Of a stretch of 64,000 bases of DNA, positions 20,861 through 29,755 are shown one piece after another. Where the stretch lies: the NCBI GenBank assembly GCA_028712665.1, contig JAQTRC010000003.1:12927-76926 (forward strand). The letters run 5' to 3'. Source of the DNA: Desulfuromonadaceae bacterium. GTDB lineage: Bacteria > Desulfobacterota > Desulfuromonadia > Geobacterales > Pseudopelobacteraceae. Every line of letters starts with the position of its first letter. Position 1 is the first letter of the stretch. Both the position numbers and the translations under genes were made by a program. Below the pieces are notes generated by a model. That model did not search any database. It was not told the DNA's origin and saw nothing but the letters and a program-made list of their open reading frames with translations.

Positions 20861-21948
20861 ATTTTCAGGACGAATTCCGGGATCGCGGGCTGGTTCAAAA
20901 CATGGCGGCCAATATCCGCCGGATGGCTGATCAGTTGAAATCTCCGGTCAACTTCATGGAGGTCTGCGGCACCCATACCATGTCGATCTATCAGTACGGC
21001 ATCCGCTCACTGCTTCCGGATAATGTCCGACTAGTTTCCGGACCAGGCTGTCCGGTCTGCGTGACACCGATCGGATATGTAGACAAGGCGGTGGCCTGCG
21101 CTGCCGATCCCCACAACATTGTCGCCACCTTTGGAGACATGCTGAGGGTTCCGGGGAGTTACTCATCCTTGATGGAGCAAAGGGCGGAGGGCGCCGACAT
21201 ACGCATCGTCTACTCTCCGCTTGATGCTGTTTCGTTGGCGAAGAACAATCCTGAACGGAGGGTCGTTTTTCTGGGGGTTGGATTCGAGACTACCGCCCCG
21301 ACGATTGCAGCCAGCATTCTGGAGGCTGCCCGTCAGAAACTGACCAACTACTGCGTGCTGGCCTCACACAAAACCATCCCGATACCGATGGAGATTCTGA
21401 GCGGCGATCCGGAACTAAATCTCAAGGGGTACCTCTGCCCGGCCCATGTCAGCACGGTTATCGGCGGGGTCGCATACAGGCCGCTGGCGGAGAATCACAA
21501 TATCCCCTGCGTTGTCACCGGTTTTGAACCGGCCGATGTCATGCAGGGGATTGAGATGCTTCTAGCCCAGCTGCTGAGCGGTAAAAGCAAGGTTGAGATT
21601 CAATACAGCCGTGCGGTTTCATGGAATGGGAATTTGAAAGCACAATCAATCCTGAACAAGCTTTTTGAACCGTGCGACGCCGCCTGGCGAGGTCTGGGCG
21701 TTTTACCCGGCACAGGTTTGGGGATCAGGGCTGAATATGCGCAGTTCGATGCCGAGCGGATTCTGACGCTGGACGTGCCGGAACCGATTGAAAACCCGGC
21801 CTGCCTCTGCGGGGAAGTATTAAAGGGTAAACTCCCACCCTTCGATTGCCCGCTGTTTTCAACACTCTGCACGCCTGAATCGCCGGTCGGCGCCTGCATG
21901 GTTTCCAGCGAAGGGACCTGCGCTGCGGCATATAAATATGGGAGATAA
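20857..21948 (+). CDS. hypD: hydrogenase maturation protein HypD
   Basis: 363 aa with motifs CGTHT, GPGCPVCV and GFETT. ATGA overlap with hypC. Confidence 0.95.
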   Translation: MNFQDEFRDRGLVQNMAANIRRMADQLKSPVNFMEVCGTHTMSIYQYGIRSLLPDNVRLVSGPGCPVCVTPIGYVDKAVACAADPHNIVATFGDMLRVPGSYSSLMEQRAEGADIRIVYSPLDAVSLAKNNPERRVVFLGVGFETTAPTIAASILEAARQKLTNYCVLASHKTIPIPMEILSGDPELNLKGYLCPAHVSTVIGGVAYRPLAENHNIPCVVTGFEPADVMQGIEMLLAQLLSGKSKVEIQYSRAVSWNGNLKAQSILNKLFEPCDAAWRGLGVLPGTGLGIRAEYAQFDAERILTLDVPEPIENPACLCGEVLKGKLPPFDCPLFSTLCTPESPVGACMVSSEGTCAAAYKYGR

Positions 21949-21952
21949 CGGC

Positions 21953-22852
21953 ATGATTACCATGCAGGAACTTCGTGACCATTACCGTTTCACCGATCAG
22001 GACGCCGAACTGCTCCGGTCGCTCCAACCACTGGCGGAACTGAACCGGGAGCGCTTTTCGATTGAATTTTATGACTATCTCTACAGCCTCCCGGAAACGG
22101 CGGCCATCCTCAACAACAGCAATCGCCCGCGTCTGCGGGAAATGCATATCAATTGGTTCATGGCCCTCTTTACCGGTACCTATGACAATCACTACATGAA
22201 TCATCTGACACGCATCGGCTATGCCCATGTCAAGGTCGGCCTCAGCGTCCACTTTGTTAATGCGGCCATGAACCAGATCCGGCACTTCCTGTTGGGGCTG
22301 ATTGATGACCATTATTCTGATCGCGAGCAACGCCGCATGCTGCGTGAAGCGGTCGAAAAAATCCTCGATATGAATCTTGATGTGATGAGTACCTCCTATC
22401 GTGATGAAGAGATGAAAAAGGTTTTCTTATCGCGCAAGGTCGAATCTTTGCTGATAAAGGCAACGGAGCGCTTCACCTATGGCCTGAACCTGGCTTTGGT
22501 ACTGGCGCTCGCCGGCGTTTCCATCTCGGTTGTCATCCTGTTTGTCTGGGATATTCTCCATATTTTCAAAGGGAATATGGAGAAAGGAATACTCTCGGCA
22601 CTTGGATCACTGTTGATTCTCTGGATGATGATCGAGCTGATGTACAACGAGATAAAAAACCTCAAAGGGGGCAAATTCAATATTCTGGTTTTCATCGGGG
22701 TAATTATTGTTGCGATGATCCGCGAGATACTTATTTCGACCCTGCGCAAAGACGACCTCACCACTCAGGTCTTTCTGGCCGGCACCCTGCTGATCCTGGG
22801 AGTGGTATACTACCTGGTGTCACTGGCCCATAAAGATCATTCAAAGGTTTGA
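21953..22852 (+). CDS. protoglobin-domain protein fused to a PsiE-like membrane domain
   Basis: The N-terminal ~150 aa resemble a globin-coupled-sensor/protoglobin domain (FTDQDAELLRSL...GYAHVKVGL). The C-terminal ~130 aa have four TM helices with a PsiE-like motif (LILWMMIELM...VIIVAMIREILI). The ATG at 21953 follows a GGGAGA ribosome-binding site inside the hypD end; an alternative ATG lies at 21938. Confidence 0.6.
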   Translation: MITMQELRDHYRFTDQDAELLRSLQPLAELNRERFSIEFYDYLYSLPETAAILNNSNRPRLREMHINWFMALFTGTYDNHYMNHLTRIGYAHVKVGLSVHFVNAAMNQIRHFLLGLIDDHYSDREQRRMLREAVEKILDMNLDVMSTSYRDEEMKKVFLSRKVESLLIKATERFTYGLNLALVLALAGVSISVVILFVWDILHIFKGNMEKGILSALGSLLILWMMIELMYNEIKNLKGGKFNILVFIGVIIVAMIREILISTLRKDDLTTQVFLAGTLLILGVVYYLVSLAHKDHSKV

Positions 22853-22855
22853 CCG

Positions 22856-23440
22856 GTGGGATCCTTCTCCCACATCCTGGCCGGTTTTTCACTCGGATTT
22901 CGTCATCGCCGCGAACTGCGGCGGCTGTTAGACAACACCCCGCATAATTTCTGCATCCTGGATCTCGACCCCGAGGCTTTACGCTCTTCGGGGGTCGCAA
23001 TACTTGCGCTCGATTTTGACGGCGTTCTCTCCCATCATGGCGCCCCTGCTCCACTTCCCGAGACTACCGCATGGTTGAAGCGCTGCGAAGCACTCTTCGG
23101 CGGCGGTCGGCTCTTCATTCTCTCCAATAAGCCGACCGACGGACGAAAACAGTGGTTTGCAAAACATTTTCCAAAAATCCGCTTCGTTTCCGATGTCCGG
23201 AAAAAACCGTATCCGGACGGCCTTAAAAAAGCGGCGGAACTCGCCGGAGTCCCACTCTCTTCAATCATGATGGTCGATGACCGCCTGCTGACCGGCTGCC
23301 TGGCCGCGCTGGTCGCAGGCGCTCTCCCCTGTTACATCAGGCGGCCATATGTATCGTTCCGTCATCGTACTTTTTCTGAACTCTTCTTTTCAACTCTTCG
23401 CATTCTTGAACGCTGCTTTGTAAAGACAATCACACCCTAA
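22856..23440 (+). CDS. HAD-superfamily phosphatase (YqeG-like, subfamily IIIA)
   Basis: 194 aa with motifs LDFDGVL, SNK and MVDDRLLTG. GTG start 3 nt after the preceding stop. Confidence 0.65.
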   Translation: MGSFSHILAGFSLGFRHRRELRRLLDNTPHNFCILDLDPEALRSSGVAILALDFDGVLSHHGAPAPLPETTAWLKRCEALFGGGRLFILSNKPTDGRKQWFAKHFPKIRFVSDVRKKPYPDGLKKAAELAGVPLSSIMMVDDRLLTGCLAALVAGALPCYIRRPYVSFRHRTFSELFFSTLRILERCFVKTITP

Positions 23441-23446
23441 TAATCT

Positions 23447-24931
23447 TCACTTCCCCAATGCCTTCTCGATCCGTTCGCAGAGAGTCTTCAGCACCTTGAT
23501 GCGGGCATAATACTTGTCATTGGCCTCGACCAGCGTCCAGGGGGCTATATCGGTGCTGGTGCGGTCAATCATGTCACAGACCGCCCGCTCATACTCGTCC
23601 CACTTCTCCCGGTTGCGCCAGTCTTCGTCGGTGATTTTGTAGCGTTTGAATCCGATCTTCTCCCGCTCCTTGAAGCGCCTTAACTGCTCTTCCTTCGTGA
23701 TGGAAAGCCAGAATTTTAGGACGACCGTTTTGTTACGGACCATCTGCTCTTCAAAATCGTTGATTTCACCGTAGGCCCTCATCCAGTCCTTGTGCTCGCA
23801 GTACCCCTCCACCCGCTCCACCAGAACGCGTCCGTACCAGGTGCGGTCAAAGATGGCAAAGCGGCTTCTACGTGGGATATTGCGCCAAAAACGCCACATA
23901 TAGGGCTGGGCGCGCTCTTCCTCGGTCGGAGCCGCCACCGGTATGACCCGGTATTGGCGGGCATCCAGCGCCTGGATGATGCGACGTATACTGCCACCCT
24001 TTCCGGCCGCGTCGTTCCCTTCAAAAGCCACCACAACCGCCAGTTTTTTAAAGTCGGGATGTCTTGTCAGCAGATTCAGCTTCCCCTGATATTTTTCCAG
24101 TTCACTTTCGAAATCGGCTTTCTTCAGTTTTTTCGACATGTCCAACGTTTGCAGTATCAGCAGGTTGTCAATGGTAGGCATTATGGGGGGAATCGGCTCC
24201 TCGTGGCGTGGGGCTTCAGGTGCGTCCAGGCGCTGGCGCATGGCATTGACGATGGCTTTGCCGATGGTCAGATAGCGGTAACGCGGGTCGGTTCCTTCGA
24301 CGATTGTCCATGGCGACTCAGCCGTACTGGTGGTACGCAGCATCCGTTCGGATACTTGCCGGAATTTGTCGTACTGTTTGTAATGATCCCAGTCCGTATC
24401 GGTAACTCTCCAACGGGTTTTGGGATCTTTTTCAAGAAGTTTCAGACGCTTTTTCTGCTCGCCTTGCGATAGGTGGAGCCAGAATTTCAGAACCAGCGCC
24501 CCTTCGTCGCAGAGCATCTTTTCGAAGCGGATGATCCGCTCCAACCGCTGATCCAGTTCTGCATTCTTGATCGTACCGTAGACATTTTCGACAAGCGGCG
24601 CGGAGTACCAGGTACCGATAAAGACGCCGACCTTGCCGCGCGGTGGAAGAACCCTCCAGTAACGCCACATCTGGGGCCGTTCCAGCTCCTCATCAGTCAG
24701 GTCGCGCAGGGCGTGAGTCTCGATGTGACGGGGGTCCATCCACTCGTTGAGAAGATTGACAGTTTCACCCTTCCCGGCGCAATCCACCCCGGCTACTAAA
24801 ATGATGACCGGGAACTTTTTGGACTGGAACAGGTCCAGCTGGGCATCCAGCAATCCCTCCCGCAATTCGGGGATCTCTTTCTTCCAGAGTTCCTTGCTTA
24901 TTTTGTGGCCCAGTTCTGCGGATTCAAACAT
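23447..24931 (-). CDS. ppk2: two-domain polyphosphate kinase 2 (polyphosphate:AMP phosphotransferase type)
   Basis: Two PPK2 repeats, each with a Walker A-like motif (GVDCAGKGE and GNDAAGKGG). The ATG at 24931 is preceded by GGGAGGG; the ORF-track start at 24973 is less likely. Confidence 0.88.
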   Translation of the reverse strand: MFESAELGHKISKELWKKEIPELREGLLDAQLDLFQSKKFPVIILVAGVDCAGKGETVNLLNEWMDPRHIETHALRDLTDEELERPQMWRYWRVLPPRGKVGVFIGTWYSAPLVENVYGTIKNAELDQRLERIIRFEKMLCDEGALVLKFWLHLSQGEQKKRLKLLEKDPKTRWRVTDTDWDHYKQYDKFRQVSERMLRTTSTAESPWTIVEGTDPRYRYLTIGKAIVNAMRQRLDAPEAPRHEEPIPPIMPTIDNLLILQTLDMSKKLKKADFESELEKYQGKLNLLTRHPDFKKLAVVVAFEGNDAAGKGGSIRRIIQALDARQYRVIPVAAPTEEERAQPYMWRFWRNIPRRSRFAIFDRTWYGRVLVERVEGYCEHKDWMRAYGEINDFEEQMVRNKTVVLKFWLSITKEEQLRRFKEREKIGFKRYKITDEDWRNREKWDEYERAVCDMIDRTSTDIAPWTLVEANDKYYARIKVLKTLCERIEKALGK

Positions 24932-24985
24932 GTTTCCCTCCCGGATGTACAGCCTGAACAACCTGGGAAGCATTATACCATCAAA

Positions 24986-25798
24986 TTACTTTCCCGCCAG
25001 TTCCTTTGATTTACGGCAGGCCGCCTCGACTGCATCCATCAGCAAGCCTCGAAAACCGCCTTTCTCCAGGGCATGGAGACCGGCAATTGTAGTGCCCCCC
25101 GGCGAGGTTACTTTTTCCTTCAGTAAAGCAGGATGTTCGCCCGTCTCCACGACCATCCGCGCCGAACCGAGAACAGTCTGTGCCGCCAGCCGGGCTGCGA
25201 CATCTCTGGGAAGACCGTTTTTTACCCCAGCATCGGACAGGGCTTCGATGAAGGTAAAGACATAGGCCGGGCCGCTGGCGGAAAGGGCGGTCACTGCGTC
25301 CATCTGTTTTTCTTCGACAGAGACGGCAGTACCTATCAGGGCAAAGATCTGCCTGACCAGATCAAGGTCATCCTCGGAGGAGTTTCGCCCGGCGCAGACT
25401 GCGGTCGCTCCGGCGCCTATCAGGGCCGGAGTATTGGGCATTGCCCTTACTACACGGCAACCGGGCGCCAGATTCCCCTCAATCTTTGAGCATTGTATGC
25501 CGGCCATGATCGATATGACCAGATTATCGATTGTGATACCCGGTTCAAGCTGGTCAAGGACGCCGTCCGCCTGTTGCGGCTTGACCGCCAGTACGATCAC
25601 TTCTCCCCACCGTGCAGCTTCAAGAACCCCCTCAACGACATGGACATTTGGAAAGCGGGCCATGATCTCATCCCGGCGCTTCGGGTTGATTTCGGCCACA
25701 CAGATGCCAACTCCCGCTTCTTCCCGCATCAGTCCCTGCATGATAGCTTCGGCCATGTTTCCACCGCCGATGAAGGCAATTTTAGCAACTTTCAACAT
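24986..25798 (-). CDS. proC: pyrroline-5-carboxylate reductase
   Basis: 270 aa with IAFIGGGNMAEA Rossmann motif and SPGGTT motif. Confidence 0.93.
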   Translation of the reverse strand: MLKVAKIAFIGGGNMAEAIMQGLMREEAGVGICVAEINPKRRDEIMARFPNVHVVEGVLEAARWGEVIVLAVKPQQADGVLDQLEPGITIDNLVISIMAGIQCSKIEGNLAPGCRVVRAMPNTPALIGAGATAVCAGRNSSEDDLDLVRQIFALIGTAVSVEEKQMDAVTALSASGPAYVFTFIEALSDAGVKNGLPRDVAARLAAQTVLGSARMVVETGEHPALLKEKVTSPGGTTIAGLHALEKGGFRGLLMDAVEAACRKSKELAGK

Positions 25799-25817
25799 TT
25801 AGTCCCCCTATACCGTT

Positions 25818-26198
25818 TCAGTTTACACTGCTTCTCGTGACCATAACCACACCAACACAGATCAAACAGATGCCTGCCCAGCGCATCGGGCTGACGTTCT
25901 CCCCCAGATACCACTGCGCCAAAAAGGCAACCACGATGTAACTGAGCGCCTGTAGCGGCAGGGCAACAGAGAGATCTTCCCACGACAGGACAGCCAACCA
26001 GAGGCCAAAGTAAACAGCCTGCATCGCTGTACCCAGTATCAGCCTCCAGTTGGTAAGCGCCTTTAAAGCCGTGTCGATGATTTGTCTGAGGCCCATCGTT
26101 GATATGTCACCGGAGCTTTTCATCCCCAGCGTCAGAAAAATATCGCCGACCGCTCCGGCAGTTATTGCTATAATCATGACGATCAACGTCTTCAGCAT
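25818..26198 (-). CDS. small EamA-like (DMT superfamily, 4-TM half-size) membrane protein
   Basis: 126 aa with four predicted TM helices, of the ArnE/ArnF-like size class. Overlaps the hpnK stop by 7 nt. Confidence 0.6.
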   Translation of the reverse strand: MLKTLIVMIIAITAGAVGDIFLTLGMKSSGDISTMGLRQIIDTALKALTNWRLILGTAMQAVYFGLWLAVLSWEDLSVALPLQALSYIVVAFLAQWYLGENVSPMRWAGICLICVGVVMVTRSSVN

Positions 26199-27052
26199 TT
26201 CACTTCTCCACGGTAATTTTGAACTGTTATCTGCAACTGTTTCAGTTTGCTTTTCACGGTTGAACTGGTGATGGCCGCCAGTTCCATTTCGTGCCTGTAA
26301 TCCGGCATCCGGCGGGATATCTCCGCATCCGGCAGAACGCCCGGATGGAAATATATCTCAGTCAATCCGTCGGATAAGTTATCTATGATGTTCAGGATGT
26401 AAGCTTCCGTCATCCTTCCGGAGTTGAACAATCCCTTGACCTCTTCGGCATAACTTATTCCAAGATTGTCGAGCTCTGGACCGGTTCTGTCAGCCAGAGT
26501 TCCAAATATGATCCGCTCAACAGTTTTTCCAAGCCGCCGCTCCCGGTCAAATTTCAGATTCTGGGAGAGTCGCTCCTGAGAGAGCCGAAAACTCTTGATG
26601 CCGTACTGCGGCATCAATTCCGCCAGAATCCGGAAGATGGTGGGATGCAGATGTATGTTCAAGTGGCCGTCAATGTGACTGAGAGGAATACCGGCATCAA
26701 CCACCTTTTCAATCTGTGCCTCAATCTCCCGTTTGAGTTGGCAGTAAAGCCCCCTGTCGAAAAAATAGCGCATACCGGAGGCCACCGGGTTGTCTCTGAA
26801 GTTGCCTGCAGCGTCCACCAGCCCCGGTATCTCTTTCCGGGTCAGTACCGACCTCCCCTGCAGAAGGGTCAGGTGGAGCCCGATCTGAAGCCCGGGGTTC
26901 CGTCTGGCGATAAGTAGTGCCTCATCAAAAGCTGCGGCGCCCGGCATGATCGAAGCACAGGTCAGAATGCCTTCCCGCCACCCCTTTTCAACTGCGAGAT
27001 TGACCCCTGGTGACAAACCGAAATCGTCGGAGGTGATTATTATCCGCTTCAT
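26192..27052 (-). CDS. hpnK: YdjC-family deacetylase, hopanoid-associated HpnK
   Basis: The ATG at 27052 gives MKRIIITSDDFGLSPGVN, the YdjC/ChbG signature. It starts 4 nt after the hpnJ stop. The ORF-track start at 27151 overlaps hpnJ and is unlikely. Confidence 0.75.
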   Translation of the reverse strand: MKRIIITSDDFGLSPGVNLAVEKGWREGILTCASIMPGAAAFDEALLIARRNPGLQIGLHLTLLQGRSVLTRKEIPGLVDAAGNFRDNPVASGMRYFFDRGLYCQLKREIEAQIEKVVDAGIPLSHIDGHLNIHLHPTIFRILAELMPQYGIKSFRLSQERLSQNLKFDRERRLGKTVERIIFGTLADRTGPELDNLGISYAEEVKGLFNSGRMTEAYILNIIDNLSDGLTEIYFHPGVLPDAEISRRMPDYRHEMELAAITSSTVKSKLKQLQITVQNYRGEVKC

Positions 27053-27056
27053 ATGA

Positions 27057-28490
27057 TTACTTGCAATCCGAGCAGGAATCCTTCCGTTTGCGCATATACG
27101 CGAGGTACTGCTTCCCTTCTTTGAGGAGCTTCCTCCGTTCCTCGCCATCAACTATCATCCGGCCGATGCTGCGCAGGATATATTTGGGGCGGAAATAGAA
27201 TTTGTCGTAGAATTCCTCGACCGAGTTGAAAATTTCTGAGTTGGAGAGATTCGGATAGTTGATGACACATTTCTGGTGGCCGGTGTCGTCGATGAAGTTG
27301 TCCGATGAAATCCAGCCATTCTCCTTGCAGAGATCGTAGAACTCGGTCCCTGGATAGGGAGAGGCAAGCGAGGCCTGGATCGAGTTAAGATCCATATCTT
27401 TCGCAAACTGGATGGTCTCACGGATGGTTTCTTTGGTCTCACCCGGAAGTCCCATGATAAAGGCGCCATGGATTGAGAGTCCGAGCTTCTTGCAGTCCCT
27501 CGTGAACTGAACAGCCTGCTCTTTTGTTACACCCTTCTTGATATTCTTCAGTATCTGAGCATTACCGCTCTCATAGCCGACCACCAGGTGACGCAGTCCG
27601 GCCTCGCGCATGATCCTCAAGGTTTCGTAATCGGTATTGGCCCTGGCGTTGATTGCCCAGGAAATTCCGAGAGGCTTGATAAGACGGGCAATTTCCTGTG
27701 CGTGCTGCCTGTTGGCGGTGAAGGTGTCGTCGTCGAAGGAGAGTTCCCGCATCTCGGGTATATTTTGAGTGATCCATTTTATCTCCTCAAAGACATTCTG
27801 GGGGGTCCGGGTGCGCATCCGTTGCCCGGAAAAGGTCTGGGGCCAGAGGCAGTAGATACATTTTGAAGGGCAGCCTCGACTGGAGTAGATCGATACATAG
27901 GGACTCTTGAAATGGGGTATGACGTATTCACTGATCGGCAGGTCGCGTTTGTAAATCGGGGCAACAAATGGCAACGCGTCCAGATCCTCTATCATTGGCC
28001 GATCAGCGGTGTGTATGATACTCCCCTCTTGCAGAAAGGTGATGCCGTCCACCTTGTTCCATGCGCGCCCTTCGCACAACTCTTTGGTGGAATAGTCGAA
28101 TTCGCCGCGGCAGACGATGTCAATGCACCCTTTTCCGGCTCGAAGTGATTCTTCGGGCAAAATGGTAACGTGCGGGCCGGTCAGAACAGTCACTATGCCC
28201 GGCTTTACCTCTTTTATACGGCGCGCGGTCTCAATGTCGATCATGAGGGTGGGTGTTGAGGTATACATTACCACCATATCGAAGTCACGGGCTATTTCAA
28301 GGCACTTTTCCAGATCGAATTTCTGTACCGGGGCGTCCACTACCCGGCTCCCTTCAATCATGGCGGCAGGAAAACAGAGCCAGGTGGGATACCAGAACGA
28401 GGTCACTTCACGGGAGGCCTGGTATCTTGCGCCGGCGCCACCGTCAAAGTCCTCGAAGGTAGGTGGATTTAAAAAAAGCGGTTTCATCAC
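27057..28490 (-). CDS. hpnJ: B12-binding radical SAM protein, hopanoid-associated HpnJ
   Basis: 477 aa. The N-terminus LFLNPPTFEDFDGGAGARYQASREVTSFWYPTWL is characteristic of HpnJ. Radical SAM cluster motif CPSKCIYC. Confidence 0.8.
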   Translation of the reverse strand: MMKPLFLNPPTFEDFDGGAGARYQASREVTSFWYPTWLCFPAAMIEGSRVVDAPVQKFDLEKCLEIARDFDMVVMYTSTPTLMIDIETARRIKEVKPGIVTVLTGPHVTILPEESLRAGKGCIDIVCRGEFDYSTKELCEGRAWNKVDGITFLQEGSIIHTADRPMIEDLDALPFVAPIYKRDLPISEYVIPHFKSPYVSIYSSRGCPSKCIYCLWPQTFSGQRMRTRTPQNVFEEIKWITQNIPEMRELSFDDDTFTANRQHAQEIARLIKPLGISWAINARANTDYETLRIMREAGLRHLVVGYESGNAQILKNIKKGVTKEQAVQFTRDCKKLGLSIHGAFIMGLPGETKETIRETIQFAKDMDLNSIQASLASPYPGTEFYDLCKENGWISSDNFIDDTGHQKCVINYPNLSNSEIFNSVEEFYDKFYFRPKYILRSIGRMIVDGEERRKLLKEGKQYLAYMRKRKDSCSDCK

Positions 28491-28582
28491 AACTCCTTAT
28501 CAGCAAATAGATAGAAACAAATAGCAGGTATCCTGCCGAAAAGTCAAGGTTTACCGGCTATGCCAGACAATAGATACTCAAT

Positions 28583-28611
28583 GAAAACGGGGTACCCGAT
28601 CCGGATACCCC
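28583..28611 (-). terminator. rho-independent terminator after the ComEA-like gene
   Basis: The minus strand reads CGGGGTA, loop, TACCCCG, followed by TTTTC. Confidence 0.65.
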
Positions 28612-28639
28612 GCGAGGTTAAGGCCGCCTTGAGGTGCCG

Positions 28640-29011
28640 CTATTTTTTTGCCTGCTTGGCTATGATCAAATCCTTGACCTTCTCATATACCGGTCCGGGC
28701 AGAATATTACGCGACTTGAGCTGGCTCTTGTTGGCATATGGCCGCCCTACGACAATCTTGGCGGCATACGCGTCGCCGAGGCCGGGGATAGCCTTCAGTT
28801 CCGCATCGGTGGCGCTGTTGATATCGACCAGAACGCCTTTGGCCGCTTTCTCCCCGACCGGTTTGGAATCTGCTTTCTTTTCTGCCGGTTTGGCGACTTC
28901 GGCCTTGGGAAGCGCCTTCTTGTCGGTCTTGGCATCGGCGGCAAAAGAGATGCTGGTGGCCAGGGTCAGTGCGATTACCGTCAAGAGCGTTCTAAAGATC
29001 TTATTTTTCAT
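28640..29011 (-). CDS. secreted helix-hairpin-helix (ComEA-like) DNA-binding protein
   Basis: 123 aa with a signal peptide, a Lys/Ala-rich linker and an HhH motif (INSATDAELKAIPGLGDAYAAKIV). Confidence 0.7.
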   Translation of the reverse strand: MKNKIFRTLLTVIALTLATSISFAADAKTDKKALPKAEVAKPAEKKADSKPVGEKAAKGVLVDINSATDAELKAIPGLGDAYAAKIVVGRPYANKSQLKSRNILPGPVYEKVKDLIIAKQAKK

Positions 29012-29192
29012 ATTCTCCTCCAGTTGAGTTTATTGGTGCCTGCTACTATCAGGAATCGGAGTTTTTGTCAACGCCACGAAGAACTGGCACCCCTCATTGC
29101 AAGAAGTTCTTTTCCAATGCCTGCCGGGTGTGGTAGGTAAGCGTATATAATTTTTCTGTTTCAATGAAACCGAATACTATTTAAAAAGGGGT

Positions 29193-29573
29193 ATGACCAT
29201 GAGCATCAAAAAACCGGAATTAACTTTCAAGTATGTCTTCAACTACGGCTACAACCCATCGTATGTGAACGGAGCCCAGGGTGGTTTTTCGCCCAGGGGT
29301 GAGATGGTGATCAACTTTTATCTCGAACGCCAGCCGCTTCCGGACTCCATGACTCACGAGATCACACCCGAAGGGGCAATAGGGCGCGAAACCGCCGTAG
29401 AGCCTAAAGATCTCTCCAGCAGCATGGTCCGCTTCATAGACACCGGCGTGGTTATGAGCTATGAAAACGCGCGCGTCTTTCATTCCTGGATGGGTGACAA
29501 GCTGCGCGAACTTGAAGAAATTCACAAAGCACAGGCAGCCTTTGAAAAAACCGAACATGGCGGACAGGCATAA
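29193..29573 (+). CDS. hypothetical protein (possibly DUF3467-like)
   Basis: 126 aa with a GGGG ribosome-binding site upstream. The motif YVNGAQGGFSPRGEMVINFYLE only weakly resembles DUF3467. Confidence 0.5.
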   Translation: MTMSIKKPELTFKYVFNYGYNPSYVNGAQGGFSPRGEMVINFYLERQPLPDSMTHEITPEGAIGRETAVEPKDLSSSMVRFIDTGVVMSYENARVFHSWMGDKLRELEEIHKAQAAFEKTEHGGQA

Positions 29574-29577
29574 AGAA

Positions 29578-29729
29578 GGTTGAGGGTTGAGGGTTCAAGG
29601 TTGAGGGTTCAAGGTTGAGGGTTCAAGGTTGAGGGTTGAGGGTTGAGGGTTGAGGGTTCAAGGTTGAAGGTTGAAGGTTGAAGGTTGGGAGTTGAGGGCT
29701 TTGATATTCTCAACTCTCAACTCTCAACT
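29578..29729. repeat. heptamer tandem-repeat array with a short inverted arm
   Basis: 17 contiguous 7-mers (GGTTGAG / GGTTCAA / GGTTGAA variants) at 29578..29696, a 12-nt spacer, then CTCAACT x3 at 29709..29729. Confidence 0.95.
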
Positions 29730-29755
29730 CTTATCGATTTTCGAGGTATTAGTGG

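Noticed and set aside
29085-29102. Sigma54-like motif TGGCAC-N6-TTGCA upstream of the 29193 gene.
   Set aside because: The GG-to-GC spacing is one nucleotide longer than the strict -24/-12 spacing. No enhancer-binding protein gene is nearby.
29578-29729. Possible CRISPR array.
   Set aside because: The units are contiguous 7-mers with no spacers, and there are no cas genes in the window.
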